DNA of 64,000 nucleotides from an uncultured Clostridia bacterium (GCA_944387405.1 CALXET010000003.1:36962-100961), one strand, 5' to 3'. Shown: positions 28,365 to 40,695, numbered from the stretch's first letter. The notes: generated from the sequence alone by a model not told the origin. Numbers and translations: made by a program.

Positions 28365-28526
28365 TTCAAATACTCTATACTCTCTTTTATTTTATACTTT
28401 ACGATTTTATCATGTAAAGCATTTCTTTTCAAGTCATTTCCTTTTCAGAAATTATTACAAAAAATAAAAAGTAGCTTAAATCTACTAGATTAAATCTACT
28501 TTTTATATTTTACATTTTACAATTTA

Positions 28527-29306
28527 TTATTTTTTCTCATCATCTTTTTTATTTCTAAATAAAATTTGATTATTTCCATATTCATCTTCTTTTTCTTTTA
28601 AAGCTAAAGTATTTTTATTTTTTAATTTATCAATAAAACTTCTTTTATCTTTATATTCTTTTTTATTTTTCTTTTCTTCACTTTCTTTTTTCATTGCAAG
28701 TGCAGCTTCGATTGTCATCGTTTTTTCATAATCTATGATATTATTTACTGGGTTTAAATAAATTCCTTCAATAAATTCTTCTTTTTCTGGAAGATCTGTT
28801 ACTCTAATATAATTCAAATATTTATTTATTATATATTTATCTTGTTTAGATTCTAAATCTAAATCAATATTTAAATTATTATATCTCCAAATAACATGTC
28901 TTTCATAATCAGTAAACATATCATTTTTAGATAAATCTTCATAATCATATTCTATTTTAAATTTACAATTTGCTATAGTAATAGTTATATTACTCCATAG
29001 ATTTGGATGCTTTTCTTCAGCTATTTTTCTTAATTTTTTTATATCACTATATAACTTATCTATAAGCTCATTATAATTTTGCTCGTCAATATTAAAAAGT
29101 GATGGAATTTCATAAACATTAATTGGATCTTTTTTCAATAGACCTTTTGGAAAATAATAAAAATACATTTCTCCAATAGGTTTTTTAAAAGGCTCTTCAA
29201 TAATAGCAGCATATAAATGTATGCTTTCCCACTTTTCAGGAATCATATAAAATAACTTCTTTTGTATTTCTTCAAAAACTTTTCTTTCTTCAAGTGAACC
29301 TATCAT
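28527..29306 (-). CDS. DUF600/YezG-like immunity-family protein with C-terminal extension
   Basis: MIPEKWESIHLYA, YFYY, WSNITITI and FKIEYDYEDL..W pattern of the TIGR01741/DUF600 family. Confidence 0.7.
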   Translation of the reverse strand: MIGSLEERKVFEEIQKKLFYMIPEKWESIHLYAAIIEEPFKKPIGEMYFYYFPKGLLKKDPINVYEIPSLFNIDEQNYNELIDKLYSDIKKLRKIAEEKHPNLWSNITITIANCKFKIEYDYEDLSKNDMFTDYERHVIWRYNNLNIDLDLESKQDKYIINKYLNYIRVTDLPEKEEFIEGIYLNPVNNIIDYEKTMTIEAALAMKKESEEKKNKKEYKDKRSFIDKLKNKNTLALKEKEDEYGNNQILFRNKKDDEKK

Positions 29307-29325
29307 TTCTTTAAGCCTCCTAAAA

Positions 29326-30855
29326 TTATTTTTCTATTAGACTTTCTCCTGTCATTTCTTCTGGTTTTGCTAAATTCATTAGATCAAGCATTGTTGGTGC
29401 TAAATCTGCAAGTCTACCTTCTTTTAATTTAACATCTCTACCTATTAGCACTAAAGGTACTGGATTTGTTGTATGTGCTGTATGAAGTTCACCTGTTTTG
29501 TAATCTATCATTTGCTCTGCATTTCCATGATCTGCAGTAATTAATAAAGTACCATCATTATTTTCAATTGCATCTACAACTCTCTTTACACAACCATCTA
29601 AAAATTCTAATGCTTTTACTGTAGCTTCTAAACTTCCTGTGTGTCCTACCATATCCGGGTTTGCATAATTTAAAATAATTGCATCATATTTTCTAGAATT
29701 AATAGCCTCTACTACTTTATCTGTTACTTCTCCTGCACTCATTTCTGGTTTCATATCATAAGTTTCTACTTTTGGAGATGGTATTAATATTCTATCTTCA
29801 CCTTCATATTGTTTTTCTTCTCCGCCATTAAAGAAGAATGTAACATGTGCATATTTCTCTGTCTCAGCAATTCTTAATTGTGTTAGTCCAAGCTTGCTTA
29901 TATATTCACCAAATGTATTTTTAATTTCTTCTTTTTTAAATGCAATATGAACATATGGTAGTAAAGTTTCGTCATAATTTGTAAATGTAACAAAATATGT
30001 TTTTACAAAATTTCTTTCAAACCCATCAAAATCTGGATCAACTATTGCTCTTGTAATTTCTCTTGCCCTATCTGGTCTAAAATTAAAGAATATTACAGAA
30101 TCATTTTCTCCTATAGTTGCAACTGGCTCATCATTCTTGCATATTACACTTGGTTTTACAAATTCATCAAATATTTCTTTTTGATATGAATTTTCAATAG
30201 CAGCTGTTGCTGAAGAAAATTTATGTCCTTCACCATTTACTAAAGCATTATATGCTTCTTTAATTCTTTCCCATCTCTTATCTCTATCCATAGCATAAAA
30301 TCTACCAGATATCGTAGCAATTTTTCCAACGCCTTTTTCTTTCATCTTTTCTTCAAGTTCTGCAATATATCCATCTGCAGAAGCTGGTGGTGTATCTCTA
30401 CCATCTAAAAAACAATGTACATATACATCTTCAAAATCTTTTCTTTTTGCAAGTTCTAATATTGCAAAAAGATGTCTCATATGGCTATGAACTCCACCAT
30501 CTGATAATAATCCTAATATGTGTAACTTACTATTGTTTTTCTTACAATTTTCAATTGCTGCAACAAGTTCTGAATTACTAAAGAAATCTCCATCTTCAAT
30601 AGATTTTGTTATTCTAGTTAATTCTTGATAAACTATTCTTCCTGCACCTATATTTGTATGTCCTACTTCTGAATTTCCCATTTGTCCTTCAGGAAGTCCA
30701 ACATCTAGTCCACTTGTATGAATTATAGTGTTAGGATATTGTTTCATTATTTCATTTATATTAGGGATTTTGGCTAACTTTACCGCATTACCTTCTGAAT
30801 TTTCATTTATTCCAAATCCATCTAATATCATAAGCATTGTTGTTTTCTTATCCAT
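29326..30855 (-). CDS. gpmI: 2,3-BPG-independent phosphoglycerate mutase
   Basis: LMILDGFG, GQMGNSEVGH, DGGVHSH, AETEKYAHVTFFFNGG, PDMVGHTG, TADHGNAE. Confidence 0.98.
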   Translation of the reverse strand: MDKKTTMLMILDGFGINENSEGNAVKLAKIPNINEIMKQYPNTIIHTSGLDVGLPEGQMGNSEVGHTNIGAGRIVYQELTRITKSIEDGDFFSNSELVAAIENCKKNNSKLHILGLLSDGGVHSHMRHLFAILELAKRKDFEDVYVHCFLDGRDTPPASADGYIAELEEKMKEKGVGKIATISGRFYAMDRDKRWERIKEAYNALVNGEGHKFSSATAAIENSYQKEIFDEFVKPSVICKNDEPVATIGENDSVIFFNFRPDRAREITRAIVDPDFDGFERNFVKTYFVTFTNYDETLLPYVHIAFKKEEIKNTFGEYISKLGLTQLRIAETEKYAHVTFFFNGGEEKQYEGEDRILIPSPKVETYDMKPEMSAGEVTDKVVEAINSRKYDAIILNYANPDMVGHTGSLEATVKALEFLDGCVKRVVDAIENNDGTLLITADHGNAEQMIDYKTGELHTAHTTNPVPLVLIGRDVKLKEGRLADLAPTMLDLMNLAKPEEMTGESLIEK

Positions 30856-30868
30856 ATTTTTACTCCTT

Positions 30869-31621
30869 TTATTTATCATAATTTACAATCTTTGAAAATT
30901 CTTCTGGATCTAAACTTGCTCCTCCAACTAGTCCACCATCAATATCTGAAGTTTCAAATAATTCTTTTGCATTTTTTGATTTTACACTTCCGCCATATTG
31001 AATGATAACTTCAGCTGCAACATCTTTTCCATAATTTTTTTCTATCTCATTTCTGATTTCTTTTATACTATTATTTGCATCTTCTGATGTTGCTGTTTTT
31101 CCTGTTCCTATTGCCCAAATTGGTTCATAAGCAATAATTGTATTTTTAACTTCATCTTTGCTTAAACCGTCTAAAGCTAGTTTAGTTTGAGTTCTTATAA
31201 TATCATTTGCTAAACCTTGTTCTCTTTGTTCTAATGTTTCTCCAACACATACTATTGGTTTTAATCCGTGTTTAAAAGCAGCTTTTATTTTTTTGTTTAC
31301 TGTTTCATCAGTTTCATTAAAATATTGTCTTCTCTCAGAATGTCCTATTATAACATATTCTACTCCAATAGCTTTTAACATTTCTCCAGAAACCTCACCA
31401 GTATAAGCTCCACTATCTTCAAAGTGCATATTTTGAGCTCCTACTTTAATATTTGTTCCTTGTGCTTGTAATAATACATAAAATAAATCTGTATATGGGG
31501 CACATATAATTACTTCATTTTTAGTATCTTTTACAAGTTTTGCTAAAGAATCTATAAATTCTATAGCTTCATTTGGAAGTTTATTCATTTTCCAATTACC
31601 AGCAATAACTTTTCTTCTCAT
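30869..31621 (-). CDS. tpiA: Triosephosphate isomerase
   Basis: IAGNWKMN, IIGHSERR, AYEPIWAIGTG, GGLVGGASL. Confidence 0.98.
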   Translation of the reverse strand: MRRKVIAGNWKMNKLPNEAIEFIDSLAKLVKDTKNEVIICAPYTDLFYVLLQAQGTNIKVGAQNMHFEDSGAYTGEVSGEMLKAIGVEYVIIGHSERRQYFNETDETVNKKIKAAFKHGLKPIVCVGETLEQREQGLANDIIRTQTKLALDGLSKDEVKNTIIAYEPIWAIGTGKTATSEDANNSIKEIRNEIEKNYGKDVAAEVIIQYGGSVKSKNAKELFETSDIDGGLVGGASLDPEEFSKIVNYDK

Positions 31622-31638
31622 ATATATTCTCCTTTTAA

Positions 31639-32361
31639 TTAATTATTTTCAATATATTGATAAGATATTAACTTACCATCCTCATCATACTTAAATTTTA
31701 TAGTATATTCAACAATATTCTCATCGTACATACCATCATATTTTATATTTTTATATTCTCCCTCTTCTTTTGTTTCATCTATATAAATACTATCTGCAGT
31801 AATTAAAATATTTTTCTCTGTTTCACTATTTTCTTCTTGCGAAACTTCAACGACTTCTTCATTTACTGGATAAAACCACATTGATTCTTCAAATTCTTTA
31901 TCAAATATATAATAACCTCTAGATCTAGAATATAACTCATGGTCAATTTCTTCATGAACCAAATCAGTAACTCCAAAAAACTCTTCTACAATATCATCAA
32001 TTATTTTCTTATCTATAATATATTTATTTTCTCCGTCTGAAGAACTTTGTTTTTCTAATATATTACTATATCTTCTAAAAGCAACATTATTTGCAAAATT
32101 AATCATATCATTTTCATCAAATTGTTTTTCATAAGTAGAATATTCCAGTCCTATCATTCCTGCTAATAAATCTTCATTTTTAGATAAAAACATAATTTTC
32201 TCACTATTTGAGATATTACCTCTTTGTCCATAATAAGATATTTTTTGATTATTAACATTCTCATTTTTTTGAACTTCTTTAAACAAACATATAGATACAA
32301 TTATTAAAGAAATTGCAAGTACGATTGTAAGTACAATTAAAAATATATCTAGCTTCTTCAT
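31639..32361 (-). CDS. Hypothetical membrane-anchored acidic protein inside the glycolytic cluster
   Basis: 240 aa, AAGGA RBS, N-terminal TM helix. Confidence 0.75.
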   Translation of the reverse strand: MKKLDIFLIVLTIVLAISLIIVSICLFKEVQKNENVNNQKISYYGQRGNISNSEKIMFLSKNEDLLAGMIGLEYSTYEKQFDENDMINFANNVAFRRYSNILEKQSSSDGENKYIIDKKIIDDIVEEFFGVTDLVHEEIDHELYSRSRGYYIFDKEFEESMWFYPVNEEVVEVSQEENSETEKNILITADSIYIDETKEEGEYKNIKYDGMYDENIVEYTIKFKYDEDGKLISYQYIENN

Positions 32362-32376
32362 TAATTAAATCATCCT

Positions 32377-33564
32377 TTATTTATCTTGTAAACATTCTAC
32401 TCCTGGTAATTTCTTTCCTTCTAAGAATTCTAGTGAAGCTCCTCCACCTGTTGAAATATGAGTCATTTTATCAGAAAGTCCTGCTTTTTCAATTGCAGCT
32501 GCAGAATCCCCACCACCAATTATAGTAGTAGCTCCTTCTAAGCTTCCTAATGTTTTTGCAATCTCGTTTGTTCCTACTGCAAATATTGGAAGTTCAAATA
32601 CTCCTACAGGTCCATTCCATACTATTGTTTTAGCTTTCTTTAATTCTTCTGAATATAGTTTTATTGTTTCTTCGCCTATATCAAATCCTTCCCAGTCATC
32701 TGGAATTTCTGTTGATTTTACTGTCATAGTTTCTGTATCATTGCTAAATTCTTTTCCTACCTTTGTATCTACAGGAAGCATCATTTTTACGCCTTTAGCT
32801 TTAGCTTTTTCTAATAAACTTTTTGCTAAATCTAATTTATCTAATTCACATATAGATTTTCCAACATTATATCCTTGTGCTTTAAAGAATGTAAATGCCA
32901 TTCCGCCACCTATAATTAATGTATCTACTTTTTCTAATAAATTATCTATAACATTTATTTTATCAGAAACTTTTTTACCACCTAATATTGCAACAAATGG
33001 TCTTTCTGGATTTTCTAATGCATTTCCTAAAAAGTTAATTTCTTTTTCCATCAAAAATCCTGAAACTGCAGGTAAATATGCTGCAACACCAGCTGTAGAA
33101 CTATGTGCTCTGTGAGCTGATCCAAAAGCATCATTTACATATACTTCTGCAAGTGAAGCAAGTTTTTTAGATAATTCTTCATCATTTTTTTCTTCACCTG
33201 GTTCAAATCTTACATTTTCAAGTAATACTATATCTCCTGGCTTCATTTCTGAAGTTAATTTTTTAGCAGATTCTCCTACTACATCTTCTGCAAGTTTAAC
33301 TTCTTTGCCTAATAATCTAGATAATTCTTTTGCAACAGGAGCTAAAGAAAATTCTTTTTTTACTTGTCCCTTTGGTCTACCTAAATGAGAGCAAAGAATT
33401 ACTTTTGCATTTCTTTCTAATAAATATTTTATAGTATCTAATGAAGATACTATTCTTCTATTGTCTGTTATATTTAAATTTTCATCTTGTGGAACATTAA
33501 AATCGCATCTAACTAATACTTTTTTATTTGTTACATCTATATCTCTTACTGTTTTCTTATTCAT
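32377..33564 (-). CDS. pgk: Phosphoglycerate kinase
   Basis: [54 protein letters not shown]. Confidence 0.98.
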   Translation of the reverse strand: MNKKTVRDIDVTNKKVLVRCDFNVPQDENLNITDNRRIVSSLDTIKYLLERNAKVILCSHLGRPKGQVKKEFSLAPVAKELSRLLGKEVKLAEDVVGESAKKLTSEMKPGDIVLLENVRFEPGEEKNDEELSKKLASLAEVYVNDAFGSAHRAHSSTAGVAAYLPAVSGFLMEKEINFLGNALENPERPFVAILGGKKVSDKINVIDNLLEKVDTLIIGGGMAFTFFKAQGYNVGKSICELDKLDLAKSLLEKAKAKGVKMMLPVDTKVGKEFSNDTETMTVKSTEIPDDWEGFDIGEETIKLYSEELKKAKTIVWNGPVGVFELPIFAVGTNEIAKTLGSLEGATTIIGGGDSAAAIEKAGLSDKMTHISTGGGASLEFLEGKKLPGVECLQDK

Positions 33565-33633
33565 AAAAACCTCCATATAAATTATAAAATATTTTTTATT
33601 TTATAATTAACTAAAATTAATTTAATTAATATA

Positions 33634-33665
33634 AAAAGGAACGGCGCCCTTTGGTCGTTCCTTTT
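33634..33665 (-). terminator. Terminator between gap and pgk
   Basis: Arms AAAAGGAACG/CGTTCCTTTT with a U-tract. Confidence 0.7.
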
Positions 33666-33710
33666 ATTTTTATTCTATTTTTCAGGGCGCTTTTTATTTA
33701 GTTAAAATTA

Positions 33711-34784
<1,074 letters not shown>

Positions 34785-35000
34785 TCAACCAAGCACATTT
34801 TATACCAAAGATTAATATATTTCAAGTAATTAGCCATATTTTTTTATTCTTTTTTTAAGTATCTTCCTATATTTTACTTATATTCTTAACCTTTTTTCAT
34901 ATTTTTAATCAAATTTATTAAAAAACAAAAAAGTCCGCAAAAAAATGCAGACTTTATTTAATAACTAATATTTATTTCTTTTCCATTTAATTTCTAATTA

Positions 35001-35321
35001 TTATAATTGTTCATTTTGACCTTTATTCTTTTTATTTTTGCCAAGAGAAAATAATCCTGAAAAAGATATTTCTTGGAATAAAAAGTCATGAACTTCAGTT
35101 AATACTTTTTCTTCTTTTGGTGATAATTCAAGTACTAAATCTTTCTTTAAGTTTATCTCTTGGAATAAAAATGATTTTACTTTACTCCACATACCAAATT
35201 TTGTAGGTAATTCGCTAGAATTAACACCTGCACTAGCATTAACATTTTCATTTTGATTTGTTTCTATAAATTTTCCAGCATATTCATTATTTGTTCCCAT
35301 TTTTACATCATCTATTTTCAT
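35001..35321 (-). CDS. Small hypothetical protein with an internal FLFQEI repeat
   Basis: 106 aa, AAGGAGG RBS. Confidence 0.75.
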   Translation of the reverse strand: MKIDDVKMGTNNEYAGKFIETNQNENVNASAGVNSSELPTKFGMWSKVKSFLFQEINLKKDLVLELSPKEEKVLTEVHDFLFQEISFSGLFSLGKNKKNKGQNEQL

Positions 35322-35503
35322 ATATATTCCTCCTTGGTATAAGACATAACTTGCCTAACTTATAATATATTTATACTATATATGACTTTTTTTATCAATA
35401 ATTTTCGTCCATTTTTTTGTATCTTTTTAATTACAAAAAAATTACTATTTTGTAACAAATTGCTAGTTATATTTTTACATATGTCATTACTACTTCAGAA
35501 AAT

Positions 35504-36826
35504 TTATATACAAATCAAGCAATCACCTTTTTCTTCTATAGCTTTTACTGTAACTATATCATTTATTTTACTTTCATCTAATTTGGCTTTACACATAATA
35601 TAATTTTGGGTATGTCCTTTAATGTATTCACCATCTTTTTCTTCAAATAATACATTTACATTTTTTCCAATATAAGATTTTAAATATCTCTCTTCGTTTT
35701 CATTAGACAACTTAATAAGTTTATGACTTCTTACATCTTTAATAGCACCAGAAATTTGATTTTTCATCTTATAGGCAACTGTTCCTTTTCTTGGTGAATA
35801 TTTAAATATATGCATTTTGTAAAAATTAATTTCTTTTAAAAATTCATATGTTTTTTCAAAATCTTCATCAGTTTCATTAGGAAATCCTACAATAATATCT
35901 GTAGTTAATATAACATCATCATATAATTTTCTAAGTCTTTTTGTAACCTCTAAAAACTCTTCACAAGTATATTTTCTATTCATCTCTTTTAAAGTTTTAT
36001 CACATCCACTTTGAAGAGATAAGTGGAAATGATGACACATTTTAGTTACTTTTTTTAATCTCGTACAGAATTCATCAGTTATTAAAGTTGGCTCTAACGA
36101 ACCTAATCTTATTCTTTTTAAATTATCTATTTTATTTATATCTTCTAACAAATCTATTAATCTATAACCATCATCTTTTTCTTTACCATATGATGATATA
36201 TGAATACCTGTTAAGACAACTTCTTTAATTCCTCTTTCTGTAATCTTGCTTATTTCCTTTAGTATATTATCTTTATCCCTACTTACTATTCTTCCTCTTG
36301 CATATGGAATAATACAATATGAGCAAAAATTATTACAACCATCTTGTATTTTTATTACAGCTCTTGTTTTTTCAGTGTAAGTTACAGTTCCGAATTCTAT
36401 ATACTCATTATTATTAGTATTGTCTTTAGAATCATATATAAATTTACTAGAATTATTACTATTTTTATTTTCCAAAAAACTTTCTATATATAAATCAATA
36501 TCTTTTTTCTGTTTATTTCCTAAAACTAAATCAACTTCATCTATTTTTTCAAGTTCTTCTCTCGAAACTTCTGCATAGCATCCAACAGCTATTATATATG
36601 CATCTTTATTAATCTCTTTACATCTTCTTAATAACTGTCTTGATTTTCTATCTGACATATTAGTTACAGTACAAGTATTTATAATATATATATCTGCAAA
36701 TTCTGTGTGTGATACAATATCATACTTATCAGATAATTTCTGTATCATTGCATTAGTCTCGTATTGATTTACTTTACACCCTAAAGTTACAAATGCTATT
36801 TTGTATCTCCTATTATTTTCTTCCAT
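35504..36826 (-). CDS. mtaB: tRNA t6A37 methylthiotransferase (radical SAM)
   Basis: TLGCKVNQYET, INTCTVT, QDGCNNFCSYCIIPYARG, C-terminal TRAM-like region. Confidence 0.93.
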   Translation of the reverse strand: MEENNRRYKIAFVTLGCKVNQYETNAMIQKLSDKYDIVSHTEFADIYIINTCTVTNMSDRKSRQLLRRCKEINKDAYIIAVGCYAEVSREELEKIDEVDLVLGNKQKKDIDLYIESFLENKNSNNSSKFIYDSKDNTNNNEYIEFGTVTYTEKTRAVIKIQDGCNNFCSYCIIPYARGRIVSRDKDNILKEISKITERGIKEVVLTGIHISSYGKEKDDGYRLIDLLEDINKIDNLKRIRLGSLEPTLITDEFCTRLKKVTKMCHHFHLSLQSGCDKTLKEMNRKYTCEEFLEVTKRLRKLYDDVILTTDIIVGFPNETDEDFEKTYEFLKEINFYKMHIFKYSPRKGTVAYKMKNQISGAIKDVRSHKLIKLSNENEERYLKSYIGKNVNVLFEEKDGEYIKGHTQNYIMCKAKLDESKINDIVTVKAIEEKGDCLICI

Positions 36827-36914
36827 TTCTCCACTCTTTTCTACTTTTATTATTTCTATATCTAAATAAAACCCTTAGAAATATTACTATTACGTTTATC
36901 TAAGGGCTTTATTT

Positions 36915-37904
36915 TTATTTTCTATCTATTAAATCTAAATTATCTAAAGCTTTTCCTGTACCTAGTGCTACACATGAAACCGCATCTTCTGCTATCATAA
37001 CATTAATGCCTGTTTTTTCTTGTAACAATTTATCTAAACCGTCTATCAAACATCCTCCGCCTGTCATATAAATACCTTTATCACTTATATCAGCAGCAAG
37101 TTCTGGTGGTGTTTTTTCTAAAACTGAATGAACAGCATCTACAATTAATCCTGCTGGTTCATCTAATGCTTCCATCATTTCACTTGAATGAATTGTTAAT
37201 GTTCTTGGAAGTCCAGTTATCAAATCTCTTCCTCTAATATCCATTTCAACATCTTGTATTTTAGGGTATACACAACCCACATTAACCTTTAAGTCTTCTG
37301 CAGTTCTTTCTCCTATCATTACATTATATTTCTTCTTTATATATTTAACTATAGCTTCGTCAAATTTATCTCCTGCTACTTTAATAGATGTACTTACAAC
37401 TGATCCTCCAAGAGAAATTACTGCAACATCAGTAGTTCCTCCTCCAATATCAACTATCATATTTCCACATGGTTTTGAAATATCTATTCCTGCTCCAATT
37501 GCCGCTGCTAATGGCTCTTCTATTAAATATACTTTTCTAGCTCCCGCATTTGAAGCTGCATCTATTACTGCTTTTTTCTCTACTTCTGTAACTAAAGAAG
37601 GTATACATATCATTATTCTTGGAGCAAATAAAAATCTCCCTCCAATTTTATTTATAAAATATTTAAGCATTTTTTCTGTTACAGTATAATCAGATATAAC
37701 ACCATCCCTCAATGGTCTTGTAGCAACTATATTTCCCGGAGTTCTTCCAAGCATTCTTCTAGCCTCATGACCTACAGCTAAAACTTCTCCTGTTGTATTA
37801 TTTACAGCAACTACTGATGGTTCTCTAAGTACTATTCCTTTACCCTTAACATATGCAATTACAGTAGCAGTACCTAAATCAATTCCTATATCTTGTCCAA
37901 ACAT
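36915..37904 (-). CDS. mreB: MreB/Mbl actin-like rod-shape protein
   Basis: IGIDLGTA, EPSVVA, IEEPLAAAIGAG, VDIGGGTTD, TGGGCL. Not linked to mreC/D, so it may be an mbl-type paralog. Confidence 0.88.
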   Translation of the reverse strand: MFGQDIGIDLGTATVIAYVKGKGIVLREPSVVAVNNTTGEVLAVGHEARRMLGRTPGNIVATRPLRDGVISDYTVTEKMLKYFINKIGGRFLFAPRIMICIPSLVTEVEKKAVIDAASNAGARKVYLIEEPLAAAIGAGIDISKPCGNMIVDIGGGTTDVAVISLGGSVVSTSIKVAGDKFDEAIVKYIKKKYNVMIGERTAEDLKVNVGCVYPKIQDVEMDIRGRDLITGLPRTLTIHSSEMMEALDEPAGLIVDAVHSVLEKTPPELAADISDKGIYMTGGGCLIDGLDKLLQEKTGINVMIAEDAVSCVALGTGKALDNLDLIDRK

Positions 37905-38254
37905 CAGTATCTTCCTTTCCTCTTTTTACACGTAAATTACAAATTCATTACGATTATATTACACCTTATAAAAAATTTCAATTGTTTTTAATCGTTTTTT
38001 ATTTTTTATATTATTTTATTATATTTAATCATTTAACTATATTATTTTAATATTTTTTCTATATTTTCTATAAATTTTTATTTATTAATAATTTATATTA
38101 ATTTTATTTACTATGAATAAGTATTTTATACATAATATATAAAAATTTCAATAGCAAATTTTTATAAAATTCATTATAAAATGTATAAAATCTTCTAAAT
38201 CATTGTTTTTTTCTTGATTTCATGAGATAATATTTGTTACTTAAGGAGAAAAAT

Positions 38255-40615
38255 ATGGATAAAAATAGTTTAAAAAAATTAGAATTTAATAAAATAGTAG
38301 AAATTTTATCATCTTTTGCAGTAACTGATAAAGGAAAAAAGCTATCTTTAAATTTAGTTCCTTATACAAAAAAAGATGATACTATAAAAGCTCAAAATGA
38401 AACTAAAGAAGCTCTTACTCTATTATACAGAAAAGGCTCTATTCCATTGACAGCAGAGTTATCAGATATCAGTGAGTATATTTTATTATTAGAAAAAAAT
38501 AATTTTTTATCTGCAAAAGCTCTTTTAGATATTGCAAATGTATTAAAAACATCTAGACTTCTAAAAGAATATTATTTTGAAAACCCATTAAATGAGACTG
38601 ATGCGCTTAATAATTATTTTAATAATTTATATACAAATAATAAAATTGAACACACAATATCATCAGCTATAATTGATGAAAATACTATTTCTGATGATGC
38701 ATCTTCTAATTTAATGTCAATCAGAAGAAATATAAGAAAAGTAAATCAAGAAATAAGAAATAAATTACAATCACTTCTTAGTTCAAAATTTCTACAAGAA
38801 CCTATTATTACAATAAAAAATAATAGATTTGTAGTACCTGTTAAAAATGAGTATAAAACTAATGTAAATGGATTTGTTCATGATATTTCGACTAGTGGAT
38901 CTACTGTTTTTATTGAACCTATGAATGTATTTGAATTAAATAATAAATTATCAGATCTTAAAAATGAAGAAATAATTGAAATAGAAAAAATTCTTCAAAA
39001 ATTATCTTCATTGCTATTTGATCTTGTAGGTGAAATTAAAAATACATTTAACTTAATAGGTTTAATTGACTTTATATTTGCTAAAGCTAAATATGCCAAA
39101 GAAATTAATGGTATTTACCCTATAATCTCTGATAAAAAAGTTATAAATCTAATTGAAGCTAGACACCCATTAATAGATAAGAATAAAGTAGTTCCAATTA
39201 CTCTTTCATTAGGAGAAAAATATACTTGTCTAGTAATTACTGGTCCGAATACTGGTGGTAAAACTGTTACTCTTAAAACTGTAGGTCTATTATGTTTGAT
39301 GGGAATGGCAGGACTACATATTCCTGCAAAAGAAAAAAGTTCTATTTATGTATTTGACAATATTTTTGCAGATATAGGAGATGAACAAAGTATTCAAGAA
39401 TCATTAAGTACATTTTCATCACATATGGTTAATGTAGTAAACATTACAATATCTGCTACTAAAGATAGTTTAGTATTGTTAGATGAATTAGGCTCTGGAA
39501 CAGATCCTTTAGAAGGAGCAAGCCTTGCTACAAGTATTCTAGAATTTTTATCAAATAAAGATATACTTACTGTCTCAACAACTCATTATCAAGAAATCAA
39601 GCATTTTGCAATGGTTAATGATAAATTTGAAAATGCTAGTTGCGAATTTGATATAAACACTTTATCTCCAACTTATAGATTACTAATTGGAGTTCCTGGA
39701 AAAAGTAATGCATTTGAAATAAGTAAAAAATTAGGTTTAAATGATGAAATTCTGTCTAGAGCAAAAAGTTTTATGACTGATGAATCGATAAATATTGAAG
39801 AATTATTAAAAAACATCTATGATAATAAACTTTTAATTGAAAAAGAAAAGGAAAAAATTCTAAAAGATTCTGAAGAAATAGAAAAAATTAAGAACTCTCT
39901 TCAAAATGAAAAAGATGATATTTCGTCAAAAAAATCTGAAATAATTTCAAAAGCAAAGGAAAAAGCTAAAAATATAATTTTAGAAGCTAAAGAAGATGCA
40001 AATGAAATTTTAAAAGAAATGGAATCATCTAAAGATACTAAAAAATTAAATAAATTACGAAAAGATTTAAATGATAAATTAGAAAATTACAAAAAAAATA
40101 GTGAAACAACATCTAATAATATACAAAATAGTTTATCTAAAGAAGATGCTAAAAATGGTGTTGAAGTATTTATTCCATCATTAAATCAATCAGGAATCAT
40201 AGTATCAAATTTAAGCACTTCTAATAAAGTAATGGTTCAAATCGGAAATATAAAAATGAATTTTGATATTTCCAAATTAATTAAAAAATCTAATTCTTCT
40301 ACCACTACTAGTACAAACAATTTAAGTAAGGTTGCTAATTATTCTAAAAAAACTTCTTTTACTCCAAGAGATGTTTCTACAGAAATAAATGTTATAGGAT
40401 ATAATGTAGAAGAAGCAATTTTTGTAATAGATAAATTTTTAGATAATGCTTGTATGTCTAAATTAGAGACTGTTAGAATTGTTCACGGAAAAGGTACCGG
40501 CATTCTGGGAAAAGGAATTCAAAAATTCTTGAAATCTAATCCTCATGTTAAGAGCTTTAGATATGGCACTTTTGGTGAAGGTGAAATGGGTGTTACTGTT
40601 GTAGAACTTAAATAA
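38255..40615 (+). CDS. mutS2: Endonuclease MutS2
   Basis: TGPNTGGKT, DIGDEQSIQESLSTFSSH, LDELGSGTDP, C-terminal Smr domain (IVHGKGTG). Confidence 0.97.
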   Translation: MDKNSLKKLEFNKIVEILSSFAVTDKGKKLSLNLVPYTKKDDTIKAQNETKEALTLLYRKGSIPLTAELSDISEYILLLEKNNFLSAKALLDIANVLKTSRLLKEYYFENPLNETDALNNYFNNLYTNNKIEHTISSAIIDENTISDDASSNLMSIRRNIRKVNQEIRNKLQSLLSSKFLQEPIITIKNNRFVVPVKNEYKTNVNGFVHDISTSGSTVFIEPMNVFELNNKLSDLKNEEIIEIEKILQKLSSLLFDLVGEIKNTFNLIGLIDFIFAKAKYAKEINGIYPIISDKKVINLIEARHPLIDKNKVVPITLSLGEKYTCLVITGPNTGGKTVTLKTVGLLCLMGMAGLHIPAKEKSSIYVFDNIFADIGDEQSIQESLSTFSSHMVNVVNITISATKDSLVLLDELGSGTDPLEGASLATSILEFLSNKDILTVSTTHYQEIKHFAMVNDKFENASCEFDINTLSPTYRLLIGVPGKSNAFEISKKLGLNDEILSRAKSFMTDESINIEELLKNIYDNKLLIEKEKEKILKDSEEIEKIKNSLQNEKDDISSKKSEIISKAKEKAKNIILEAKEDANEILKEMESSKDTKKLNKLRKDLNDKLENYKKNSETTSNNIQNSLSKEDAKNGVEVFIPSLNQSGIIVSNLSTSNKVMVQIGNIKMNFDISKLIKKSNSSTTTSTNNLSKVANYSKKTSFTPRDVSTEINVIGYNVEEAIFVIDKFLDNACMSKLETVRIVHGKGTGILGKGIQKFLKSNPHVKSFRYGTFGEGEMGVTVVELK

Positions 40616-40643
40616 TATATAAATGCATTAAATATAACAATTA

Positions 40644-40678
40644 AAAAAGCTAGTGATAATTAATATCACTAGCTTTTT
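40644..40678. terminator. Bidirectional terminator between mutS2 and lexA
   Basis: AAAAAGCTAGTGATA/TATCACTAGCTTTTT. Confidence 0.8.
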
Positions 40679-40695
40679 AGATAATATTATATCTT

